Assembly: GCA_965223545.1 (NCBI GenBank)
Contig: OZ245006.1
Location: 2,528,001 to 2,592,000 of the forward strand
Length of the DNA: 64,000 bases
Source of the DNA: Planctomycetota bacterium
GTDB lineage: Bacteria > Planctomycetota > UBA1135 > UBA2386
Direction of reading: 5' to 3'
Shown: piece by piece, positions 50,317 to 59,341 of the stretch
How the letters are laid out: each line of letters begins with the position of its first letter
How positions within the stretch are numbered: position 1 is the first letter of the stretch
Program-made: the position numbers and the translations under genes
The notes under the pieces: generated by a model
The model's database searches: none
What the model was told of the DNA's origin: nothing
Seen by the model: only the letters and a program-made list of their open reading frames with translations

Positions 50317-51558
50317 ATGACACACGATCAGCTACCAGTGAGTGCCGGCGTGAGAGATGAAATTGCGCCAATAGTTCTTTCGGGTGATTACGGCCAATTC
50401 TCGTTGCGCTACTGCAACCTATGCGGGGTCGATCTTTCCGGAACCACGGGCCTCATGGCATGGTCACTCGCGGGCTCCGACCTGCGGGGAGCGCAGCTTC
50501 CGAAGGATATGGAGTTCAGCCTCCTAGAACGGGTCGAAGACGCCGCAAGACTTTGTCAGACAAGTTTCCTCGCACTACTTGCGGCCGCGTTTGTTTGCTG
50601 GTTGGTACGTATATCAACGAGTGACGCAGAAATGACGTTGGCGACAGTGCACGCCGATTTGCCCGTGGTTGCGGTAGGTGTAGATATTACGTATTTCTAC
50701 GTCCTTGCACCGTTACTGATCTTGCTGATGTACTCGTATTTCCACCTATCTCTCCAGAAGGTGTGGGAGTCCCTTGTAAACCTACCAACGTATTTCCCCG
50801 ATGGGCTGCGAATAGACAAGAAAATCTATCCTTGGCCACTAGCACGAATATCGGAGCTTGTCTTCCCGACTCTTTGGCGAGCGGCGTCATGCTATTCCAA
50901 GTGCCGCGTTGGCATTACGGTGTTGTTGTTTTGGTTTCTCGTGCCCGCCTGCCTAGTTGCGTACTGGCTGCACTACATCCAACAGCATAATCTCCTAATC
51001 TCTGGATGGCATGTAGCTCTTCTCGTTGGCGCATTGGCTCTAGACGTGTCGTTCGCGGGTCGCGCCCTGCAATTGATTACCCATAGCCGCAAAGAAACAG
51101 GGGCGCGGCCTCGTGAACTCTCGGAGCGCTGGTATACGCTCGACGCAGAATCCGTGCACAAGCGCTGGCTTAGAGTCAGGCGCTACTTGCTGAGTCTCAT
51201 TGTTGTTATAGGAGCAATCGCGACAGCTTACACGGTCGCAGTGATTCGCTACCAAGTGCACTGGCCCAGCAGACTGACAACGGTAGACATACAAAACCTA
51301 TCCTTGCAACGCGCGATGTTAGATCGGCGGGACTTAGATGGACTCAAGGCCTGTAGCGCAGACCTCCGAGACGTCAACTTGACCGGGTCAAGCTTATGCG
51401 GAGCGGATTTCCGAGGCGCGGATCTGCGTGGCGCCTTCTACTACGACTCAGACATCAGAAGATTCGTGACGAAGCAGTACTTGCTCGAGCGCGGAGCAAT
51501 ACACGACAAATACACCAAATTCGGCAAATCAAGCACAATCCAGGAAGCGCGTGACTGA
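50317..51558 (+). CDS. Membrane protein with pentapeptide repeats, low-GC gene
   Basis: GSDLRGAQL, ADLRDVNLTGSSLCGADFRGADLRGA; about five TM helices; visibly AT-richer than its flanks. Confidence 0.85.
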   Translation: MTHDQLPVSAGVRDEIAPIVLSGDYGQFSLRYCNLCGVDLSGTTGLMAWSLAGSDLRGAQLPKDMEFSLLERVEDAARLCQTSFLALLAAAFVCWLVRISTSDAEMTLATVHADLPVVAVGVDITYFYVLAPLLILLMYSYFHLSLQKVWESLVNLPTYFPDGLRIDKKIYPWPLARISELVFPTLWRAASCYSKCRVGITVLLFWFLVPACLVAYWLHYIQQHNLLISGWHVALLVGALALDVSFAGRALQLITHSRKETGARPRELSERWYTLDAESVHKRWLRVRRYLLSLIVVIGAIATAYTVAVIRYQVHWPSRLTTVDIQNLSLQRAMLDRRDLDGLKACSADLRDVNLTGSSLCGADFRGADLRGAFYYDSDIRRFVTKQYLLERGAIHDKYTKFGKSSTIQEARD

Positions 51559-51806
51559 CACCTCGTTGTCAGGGCGGACTTGACTTTGCCCCGTTCTCGT
51601 CGAAACGAGGTTTGGTCGACCAGACTATAGACTAGTTCGCGGCGGGAGAGTTACTTCGCGTGGACCGATACTCGAGAGTCACGCCAAATGAGTCGCTGGT
51701 GCGAAAGCCACAGCAAGAGGATGGTAACTGCGCCCACAAGCATGCCGTCCATCGACACTCTCTCGGCAACAACGTAGCCATCAGTTTTGTTAGCGGACGA
51801 TGACGA

Positions 51807-52757
51807 TCAACGCGCGAACGGGTAGCCCGCGCGCAGCAATCCACCCAGGCCCAGCATCGGGTCGTCGATGTCGCAGTGCAGAGCCTCGCGGTAGACGCGC
51901 CGAATCAGGGCTTCGTCCAACACGGCGTCGCCGACTTCGGCGAGGATGCGATGGATCGCTGTGCGCCGCACGGTCTCGTTCAGGACTGTGTCTGCCGGCA
52001 ACGGCAGCTCGCCTGGTGTCGCGAGCAGGCGCTTCGGCCCTGACTCCACTGCACGCTTGGTCACGTCGCCTGGGCTCTTCGGACGGCCCTGCCCCAGCGC
52101 CGTGAGCGCCCAGATCTCGATACCCGCCTTGGTGACCCCCTGGCTCTGCAGCGAGAGCGCCGGCCCGCCGGTGGCAAGCTGCTCACCCTGCGCGCGATGG
52201 TAGGCAACGTGGGCGGCTCGCACGCGCTCGCGCTCGCCAAAGTGCGGATGCCTCGGGCGGAGCTTCGCGTACAAGCGCCCGGCCTCGACCAAGCGCGCGC
52301 GGTAGGCCTCCGGCGTGTAGACACCGCCGACCACGTCCAGCACACGACCCTCGTGGTCGAGCACGCAGGTTGCGACGTTGCCGTTGAGCGTGCGCCGCAC
52401 GGTGACGCCATTGCCGGGACCATCGCCGAAGTCGATGGTCACCTGGGGCGCCTCGCGCACCTTTCGCCAGGCGCACTCGAAGCCGGTGTTCATCAGCCGG
52501 ACGACGTCTGGATGGGAGAACAGCACGGTCCTCGCCAGGCGCGCGTTCGTTCAACAGAACTCGCGGTCGAGGTCGCCGAGTAGGAGAAACAGCAGCACCG
52601 GCCGCCCCGACTCGGCGGCGGCGGAGCGGGCTTCGGCAAGGGAGGCGTGCCAATCGACCAAACCGATGCTCGCCGGCGGATTGGCGTCAAGGGTGGCGGT
52701 TTGCGCCGGCACGGCGGCCGCGAGCACGGCGCCGATCCACAAGCTCAGGAGTTTCAT
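51807..52757 (-). CDS. Secreted thioredoxin-fold selenoprotein candidate, selenoprotein N-like; TGA at 52553-52551 read as Sec
   Basis: ORFs 52551-52757 and 51807-52526 are in frame across one TGA: WHASLAEARSAAAESGRPVLLFLLLGDLDREFC*TNARLARTVLFSHPDVVRLMNTGFECAW. Confidence 0.8.
52518..52548 (-). promoter_or_regulatory. Candidate bacterial SECIS hairpin
   Basis: GAAC-GCGCG-CCT-[GGCG]-AGG-ac-CGTGC-t-GTTC immediately 3' of the TGA; apical loop starts with G. Confidence 0.55.
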
Positions 52758-53068
52758 GACGAAGCAGCATGCATCGCGCGCGGCCGGCGCGGGGTCACGA
52801 GTACGTCACTGGCCGAGCGTCGGCCACACCGCGTTGGTCTCCGGCCCGGAAAGGCGACTGCACACCTGCCCGAAATCGAGGGCCATTCTCGAGAGGGGTA
52901 CCGGTGTCTTGCGCTCAAGAGAGCTGTGGTCCGGTTGGTCAAGGAAGCGGCCCATGGCCGGCCGGCTGACCAAATCGAGAGCGACTGCCGCGCGAGTGCA
53001 TCTCGAGCGAGGGATGCCATGGCCCCGTGACGCGAGGGGCAGCACTCACGCGGGACCGAGCCGACGCG

Positions 53069-56000
53069 TCAGCGGCGCAACAGCGTCTCGACGCGTCGTC
53101 TCTCGTACGGCGTGAAGTCGCGGAAACACAGCACCTCCGCCAACGCCTCCAGCTCGTCGTCGTCGATGGGCCAGATCCGAACCGCGCGATCCGAGCCCGC
53201 CGTCAACACGCGCTTGCCGTCGGGGGAGAACGCCGCCCAGGTCACGATGCCTCCGTGCGGCAGGTCGATGAACGGCCGGCCCTCACGGGTGAACACGCGG
53301 GCACGACCGTCCGCGCCGGCCGTCACGAACCGCCGACCGTCGGGGGAGAACGCCACGCACTCGATCCGGCTCTCGTGGGCTGCTTCTTGCCGTTCGATCG
53401 TCCCATCGGTCCGCAGCAGCCAGAACGAGCCGCCGACTCCAGCGGCCAGCAAGCGTTGTGGATCGAGCGGATCGACGTCGACACCCAGCAGGTATTCCAC
53501 TGGGTCCTCGGTGTGGAGTTGGCGGTGGCTGCCGGCCGCGAGCCGTCGGATCCCGTGCTTCTCTGCCAGGAACGACACTCCATTGGGACCCGTGGCGACG
53601 GCCGCGCCCCCGGTGGTGAGAGGCACGTTCCACAGCACGCGTCCGTCCGCCGCATAGCAGGTGACGCCGCCTGTGTAGTACGGCACGATGAGCTCACCGC
53701 TCGGGGAGAATCCGATCGCGTATGCCCGTCGGCCGGCTCCGTCGAGGACCGGCAGCTCGGCGAAGGGCTCGGGGTCTCCTGGCCGGCATCGGAAATGGCG
53801 CATCGGCGAGAGCGCGCCACAGGTTGCGAGGCGCACGCTGCCGTCCGGGAGCCGCTGCGGGGAGACGGCGATGCGCAGGGCCCCGCCGGCTCCCCCGCGG
53901 AGTTCAGGGAGGGGTACCTCGCCGACGATCGCTCCGGTCTCGGTGTCCCAGAGGCTCAGGGTGTTCGGCGCGGCAGCGCAGACGACGTAGCGCTCGTCGA
54001 TCCAGGCCGCGCACCACACGTACCGCTGGGCCGGGCGAAGCACCGGGAAACCGGGCACCATCGTCTTCCAGCGTCGCACCGTGTCGTGACCTGCGCTCAA
54101 GAGCTCTTGGCCGGATGCGGAGAAGGCGATGTGCGAGGGGGTTCCGCTGTGGCCGCGCAGGACCGAGCGAACTTCACCGTTGAGGCCGAGGACGTGGATT
54201 GGTCCCTGGTGAAACGCCGCGACGAGGGATCCGTCGTCGGGCGCGAACGCACAGGACTCCGGGTTGCTCTCGCCGAGGTGGGACCACTCGGGGCGGGCTT
54301 GGTTCGTCGCCCATAGGCGGACTCTGCGATCGAGGGAGCCGACGAGCAATCGAGTGCCCTTGTCGTCCATCGCGAGACAGGTGATCGTGTGCGCTAGCTG
54401 CTTGGGCTCGGCGATCGACTCGAGTGACTCGGTGTCCAGGACCTCGATCGATCGGTCCAACAGCCCCAGCGCAAGCCGTCTTCCGTCGCGTGACAGCGCA
54501 CTTCTCAAGACCTGCGTGGCTCCCACGCCACGCGAGAGCATGACGACCGCAGCGTCTCGCCGGAGTTGTTTCTGAATGACTCCGGTGGCGTCCTCGCGCA
54601 TCGCGTCGGGTCGTACCGCCGCGCGGGCAAGGAGCCTGGATCCCGAAGTCGCGTTCGTGACGACAACCGATCCGTCAGTCGCCACCGACAGCAGCTTGTC
54701 GGCCTCGGCCAACACGTACAGGGCGAGCACCTGGGCGCCATCGTCGTGCGCCGGAGCGCTCCACAGCATTGTTCCGCTGGCCGAGACGGCGTGGATACGC
54801 CCCGACGCGTCTCCCCAGAAGAGCCGTCCCGCCGGATCGAAAACCGGGCGCGTGCGCATGCCAGCTTGCGTCTGCTGCGCAGCATCGTCGCCCACAGCGC
54901 CTTCTTCTGGCAGCTTCGTCGGGAGGTCGAGCTGCTCGTCGGAGGCCGCCGAGTACAGACGTGGCCACTGCCCAGGGTTTCCTGCGACGAACCGTGTGCC
55001 GTCCGGTGACCAGGCGGCGAAACGACCGCTCCCCCGAAGAACGCGGCGCCAGGTACCCGCGGTCGACGTGAGCGACTCCGATGGCCCCCAGACGCCGCAC
55101 AGCAGCGTGCCTTCGTCGTTCGGCGACGGCGCCGCCCACCAAGCAATGTCACCGGTCCGGACCTCGTCTGTCTGGTGCATCCGCAGCAAGGCAGCGACGA
55201 GGCGCGTGCGCGTCGCGAAATTTCGAGCACGGTCGAAGGCGTCCCTAGCCAGCAGCGCTCCGAACGCCGGATCGCCACCGGACAGCTCGTTCATCGCGCT
55301 AACCTCGAGCCGCGCGGCGATGTCCGCGGCCTCCCGCTCAACCGAGACGAGCCGCGCAAGCAAGGCCAGAAGTAGCAGGACCGCGCCGACCGACGTCGCG
55401 GCGATGGGATGCCGGCGCGCCAACACAACGGCGCGCCGCAACGGCCCGGGAGCGCGGGCCGTGACGCGCTGACCGCGCGTTGCGCACTCGAGATCGTCGG
55501 CCAGAGCTCCCGCGTCGGCGTAGCGCCGCGCTCGGTCCTTCTCGAGGCAACGGTGCACGACCAGCGCCAGCGTGCGCGGGACCTCCGGGTTGTGCCGCCG
55601 CACCGGCGTCGGCTCGTCGCCGAGGATCCTGCGGTACAGGTTCTCGCGGTGCACGGCCTCGAACGGGGGCCGCAGCGCCAGGCACTCGTATAGGGTGGCG
55701 CCGAGCGACCAAACGTCGGCTCGCGGCGTGACTCTCGCGTCGCCGCGCACTTGCTCGGGGGGCATGTAGGCCGGCGTGCCGAGGGCCGAGCCGGTGCGCG
55801 TCAGGCTGGCCGCGGCGTCGCTCCAGGCCAGGCCGAAGTCGAACAGCACCGGTGCGCCGCACTCGCGCAGCATCACGTTGGCGGGCTTGACGTCGCGGTG
55901 CACAACGCCCTCGGCGTGCAGCCGCGCCAGGCCGCGGGCGATCTCCGCGACCCAACGGGTCGCCGCACGCCAATCCGGCGCGCCGGCAGCGACGTGACGC

Positions 56001-56512
56001 CGCGCTCGCGCGAGCCGGTCGGTCAAGGTCTCGCCGGCCAGCAGCTCCATCGCCAGAAACGGCGTGCCGTCGACCGCGCCGATCTCGTGAACGCGGCACA
56101 GCGCTGCGTGCCGGTGACGCGCCAGCACCTCCGCCTCGTGGCGGAACCGCCGCTCGGCCGCGGCACTCTCGATCAGCTCGGGACGCAGTACCTTCAGCGC
56201 GACCGTCTCGTCCGTCCGACGGTCCACGGCGCGGAACACCACGCCCATCGCTCCAGCCCCGAGGAGCTCGTCGAGGCCGTAGTCCCCGAACTGGCTGCCG
56301 CTCCGGAGCGCCACCGCAGGAGCGTCGTCCGGGGCAACGCCGAGCCGCTGCAAGTAGCGGAACCGCTGCCGCAAACCCCGGGCCCGCTCCGGGTGCTCTC
56401 GACACACTCTGTTGAGCGCGCCGCTCCACTCGGCTTCGGGCGCCGACAGCACTCGGTCGAGGAGCCGGTCGAGTTCGTCCTCGAACCACGGCGACGGTAC
56501 GGCGTCTGGCAT
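53069..56512 (-). CDS. Hanks-type Ser/Thr protein kinase with TM helix and WD40 repeats
   Basis: GAGAMGVVF, VALK, HRDVKPAN, DFG, GTPAYMPPEQ; WD40 units such as AFSPDGKRVLTAGSDRAVRIW. Confidence 0.95.
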   Translation of the reverse strand: MPDAVPSPWFEDELDRLLDRVLSAPEAEWSGALNRVCREHPERARGLRQRFRYLQRLGVAPDDAPAVALRSGSQFGDYGLDELLGAGAMGVVFRAVDRRTDETVALKVLRPELIESAAAERRFRHEAEVLARHRHAALCRVHEIGAVDGTPFLAMELLAGETLTDRLARARRHVAAGAPDWRAATRWVAEIARGLARLHAEGVVHRDVKPANVMLRECGAPVLFDFGLAWSDAAASLTRTGSALGTPAYMPPEQVRGDARVTPRADVWSLGATLYECLALRPPFEAVHRENLYRRILGDEPTPVRRHNPEVPRTLALVVHRCLEKDRARRYADAGALADDLECATRGQRVTARAPGPLRRAVVLARRHPIAATSVGAVLLLLALLARLVSVEREAADIAARLEVSAMNELSGGDPAFGALLARDAFDRARNFATRTRLVAALLRMHQTDEVRTGDIAWWAAPSPNDEGTLLCGVWGPSESLTSTAGTWRRVLRGSGRFAAWSPDGTRFVAGNPGQWPRLYSAASDEQLDLPTKLPEEGAVGDDAAQQTQAGMRTRPVFDPAGRLFWGDASGRIHAVSASGTMLWSAPAHDDGAQVLALYVLAEADKLLSVATDGSVVVTNATSGSRLLARAAVRPDAMREDATGVIQKQLRRDAAVVMLSRGVGATQVLRSALSRDGRRLALGLLDRSIEVLDTESLESIAEPKQLAHTITCLAMDDKGTRLLVGSLDRRVRLWATNQARPEWSHLGESNPESCAFAPDDGSLVAAFHQGPIHVLGLNGEVRSVLRGHSGTPSHIAFSASGQELLSAGHDTVRRWKTMVPGFPVLRPAQRYVWCAAWIDERYVVCAAAPNTLSLWDTETGAIVGEVPLPELRGGAGGALRIAVSPQRLPDGSVRLATCGALSPMRHFRCRPGDPEPFAELPVLDGAGRRAYAIGFSPSGELIVPYYTGGVTCYAADGRVLWNVPLTTGGAAVATGPNGVSFLAEKHGIRRLAAGSHRQLHTEDPVEYLLGVDVDPLDPQRLLAAGVGGSFWLLRTDGTIERQEAAHESRIECVAFSPDGRRFVTAGADGRARVFTREGRPFIDLPHGGIVTWAAFSPDGKRVLTAGSDRAVRIWPIDDDELEALAEVLCFRDFTPYERRRVETLLRR

Positions 56513-56537
56513 GGGCACGAAGATAGGCGCTGGATCG

Positions 56538-57995
56538 TCAAAGGATGGTCACCCTCAGGCCCTCGGTGGCGTGCACGCCGGTGCCGGCGAGGTGGAGGGA
56601 CTGCAGGAACAGGGCGGCCCCGAGGGGGGCAGAAGTAGGGAGCGGGAAGCTCAGCACGCTACGCCGGCTGCCTGGCTGCAGGATCATGGGGAGGGACAGC
56701 AGTGCCGCGGGATCGAGCAGGAGGCTGACGCCGAGGCTCGGGATCGGGATCGGCTGCGCGGCCTTGGCCACGCCAGCGAAGCACACGCCCAGCGCTGGCG
56801 ACGTCGCCGGCGCCGGCCACGCGACGTCGACGAAAAAGGCCGCGTTGCCCGCGCGCGGCAGGCGATCCGGGTGAGGGGAGGTGGACCAGCGGTAGGTGGG
56901 GCTCGGGCCCGAAGGCGTGCCACACCGCACGGGGGCAGGCGCCACAGCGATGCCGGACAACGGCCCGCGGGCCCCGCACAGAGTGAGGTTTGCCAGCGGC
57001 GTGATGGCGCCGGTCGCCTGCTCGAACCAGTGTACGCCACCCGTCGCCGTGCTGGCGAGCAGGCGGCTGCCCGCCAACGCCAGCGCGCCGGTCGTCGGCT
57101 CGACGGCGACTGCGCGGACGTTCGCCCAGGTCGTGCTCAGCGCCGTGGTGGCGAACGGTGGATCCGGGTCGACGCGCAGGAGTGAGGGCAGTCCCGCTCC
57201 ATTGAGCTGCACCGAACTCACGATCACGTTGCCGTCGGATTCGACCGCGAGATTCCGGCACGCGCCACTCATCCCTGGCAACATCGTGCTGACCTGCGCC
57301 GGGGCCTGAAGCGGGAAGCGGTACAGCGCACTGCTCGTTGGCGTTTCGACCCCGAGATAGGCCATCCCCGATACACGGTCGTAGGCCACGGCTCGGACGG
57401 CACCGGTGGGGTTCCAGCCACCGAAACTCAGAGGCGTCACAGCGCCCGTGGTCAGGTTCGTGGTGAACACCTGGACCCACGTGGTCGGCCCGGTGCCAGC
57501 GGGCAGCCCTGCGAGGTTGTTGGCCGCCACCAGCACCACGTCGGGCTGGACGAACGCGAACTGCAAGATCGCGCCGCCCGGGTTGCGCGCCCTGCCCAGG
57601 GGGATCGTCCGCACGACAGTGCCGGCCGTCCCGGTGAGCGACACGACGTGGAGGCTGATCGGCTGTCTGGCCGGCGCGGTCGTGCCCACGACCAGGTGGC
57701 CGGTGGACGGATCGAGGACGATCCCCGAGGCGCCCAAGGACCCGGAGCCGCCGTAGCCGGCGCCGGTGAGGGCGGCCGGCAGGCCGGTGACGCAGAGCAG
57801 CGAACCAGGCCGGCGGGGGTGCGCGAGGTAGATGCCCCCATCGCCCGTGAACACAGACGCGGGCTGGCGCCATGAGCTGACCGCGTAGTACCCGTCCGGC
57901 ACCTGCGACGAGGCAGGTGCCGCCAGGGCGGCGGCGGTCACGACGAGGGAGACGAGGCCTGCGTTGCGGAGGCTCGGGATCGACTGCGAGTTCAT
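56538..57995 (-). CDS. Secreted beta-propeller-like protein with recurring C-terminal domain
   Basis: Signal ending ASSQ; blade-like repeats (GIVLDPSTG, AVAYDRVSG, AVAVEPTTG); C-terminus FPLPTSAPLGAALFLQS. Confidence 0.78.
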   Translation of the reverse strand: MNSQSIPSLRNAGLVSLVVTAAALAAPASSQVPDGYYAVSSWRQPASVFTGDGGIYLAHPRRPGSLLCVTGLPAALTGAGYGGSGSLGASGIVLDPSTGHLVVGTTAPARQPISLHVVSLTGTAGTVVRTIPLGRARNPGGAILQFAFVQPDVVLVAANNLAGLPAGTGPTTWVQVFTTNLTTGAVTPLSFGGWNPTGAVRAVAYDRVSGMAYLGVETPTSSALYRFPLQAPAQVSTMLPGMSGACRNLAVESDGNVIVSSVQLNGAGLPSLLRVDPDPPFATTALSTTWANVRAVAVEPTTGALALAGSRLLASTATGGVHWFEQATGAITPLANLTLCGARGPLSGIAVAPAPVRCGTPSGPSPTYRWSTSPHPDRLPRAGNAAFFVDVAWPAPATSPALGVCFAGVAKAAQPIPIPSLGVSLLLDPAALLSLPMILQPGSRRSVLSFPLPTSAPLGAALFLQSLHLAGTGVHATEGLRVTIL

Positions 57996-58022
57996 GTCGT
58001 CTTCCAGTTGAGAGAAGCGTTC

Positions 58023-58084
58023 CCCGTCTCGGACGGATTCCTCGCGGGCGGCGTAACGGCGCGCGATCGAGAAACCCGGATGCT
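58023..58084. repeat. Left arm of a ~60-bp imperfect inverted repeat flanking an ECF gene
   Basis: CCCGTCTCGGACGGA (58023-58037) is the exact reverse complement of 58791-58805; similarity extends to 58084. Confidence 0.85.
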
Positions 58085-58098
58085 GACGGCTACCTGGG

Positions 58099-58731
58099 TC
58101 AGGGCCGGCCAACGCCACCCTGATCGATCCGCTCGAGCTCGCGGGCCAGGTTGACCATCCCGCGCCGCAGCAGCATGCGGGACGCGGGCTCGGTACGACC
58201 GAGCGCTGCCGCAATCTCGCTGTGTGGCATACCGAGAAGCCGCGCCATCGTGACCGCCTGCCTCTGGTCCTCGGGGAGCCTTTCGAGCGCGCGCTCGAGG
58301 ATGCGCGCGTCCTCGGCGCGCATCGCTTGGGCGCTGGGCGTCGACAGCGCGCGGACGGCGGCCGCGAGGTCGAAGTCGCCCGCGACCGACGGCGACACGC
58401 CAGCCTCGCGGTGCACGTCGCGCTTGCCGGCGCGGTGGTGCCGCTGCTTGTCGATGATTTTGTTGAGCGCCGCCCGCCGCAGCCACGCGCGGAAGCCAGC
58501 GCGGTCAGCGAAACTCTCGCGCCCGAGCTCGGGCAGCAGGTCCGCGGCCACGGACTGCGTGACGTCGCTGACCGACTCGCGAGCCAGGACGTCGGGGCCG
58601 ACATTGAGGCGTACGAACACCGACAGCTCGGGCAGGTGGGCGGCGAGCAGCGTGCGCAGCGCGGCAACGTCGCCTTCCTGCGCGCGTCGGGCGAGGTCTT
58701 CGGGCCAGGGGACCGCCGGATCCTCCGTCAT
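58099..58731 (-). CDS. ECF sigma factor (kinase-associated type)
   Basis: RAQEGD...ESVSDVTQS...FRAWL...KRDVHRE; TPSAQA; MPHSEIAAALGRTEPASRMLLRRG. Confidence 0.93.
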   Translation of the reverse strand: MTEDPAVPWPEDLARRAQEGDVAALRTLLAAHLPELSVFVRLNVGPDVLARESVSDVTQSVAADLLPELGRESFADRAGFRAWLRRAALNKIIDKQRHHRAGKRDVHREAGVSPSVAGDFDLAAAVRALSTPSAQAMRAEDARILERALERLPEDQRQAVTMARLLGMPHSEIAAALGRTEPASRMLLRRGMVNLARELERIDQGGVGRP

Positions 58732-58745
58732 GCCCCGCCAAGCAT

Positions 58746-58805
58746 AGCACCGGCTTCTCGGCCTTGCGCCGTGACGGCATCCGAGTGAAGTCCGTCCGAG
58801 ACGGG
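58746..58805. repeat. Right arm of the inverted repeat flanking the ECF gene
   Basis: Reverse complement aligns with 58023-58084. Confidence 0.85.
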
Positions 58806-58811
58806 TGGGTC

Positions 58812-58995
58812 GAATACTCCGGTGCGGTCGGAAGCCCTATGGCGGCGAGGTCGACCATGAGATCGACCAAGTGGTCAGGTCCTGCGCCGGATTTGGACGT
58901 GACGATGGTGGACCTCGAAAGGCCGGCGAGGAGTTCGGAGCCCAAGCGGCTTCGATCACGTCCTTCACCCAATTGGACCCCGGCGCCAGAATCGA
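58812..58995 (-). pseudogene. Collapsed remnant of a paralog of the 40203-42767 gene
   Basis: ILAPGSNWVKDVIE / FEVHHRHVQIRRR / DHLVDLMVDLAAIGLPTAPEY versus ILASGPNPVKDVIQ / CEVHHRHTQVRRR / DHLVDVTIDLAAMGLPTAPEY. Confidence 0.85.
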
Positions 58996-59341
58996 AACGT
59001 ACTCCGCACGGCACCCGGAACAGAGCGGCGCTGATTCACCTCAGTCAGTCAGTCAAGCCATCCACAATGCTGGAGTGCTCCGTCGGGTCGGGGATCCCCA
59101 GCTGGGCTCCGCCGCCACCGACCAGGCGTGGAACAACCCACGTCAAGGCGCTCCGCGTCCGATCGGGGCACCTGCCGGAAAGCTCCGATCGAGCGTTGCG
59201 CGTGGTTCGCGCTCGAGCACCTGCGGACGATGGACAACGCAGAGTCGCGGCAAAGCAGACGGCGATCGCGGTAGAGTGCGGTCCCAGCGCGTCCCCCTTT
59301 CCCTCATCCAGCGAACCAAGGCACGCTTCCGCCGATTCCGC

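Noticed and set aside
52770..53060. Short ORFs between the selenoprotein candidate and the WD40 kinase
   Set aside because: No recognisable motifs or RBS; probably non-coding or an unidentifiable remnant
59041..59055. (TCAG)n microsatellite
   Set aside because: Only about three and a half units, inside decayed sequence, with no gene to phase-vary
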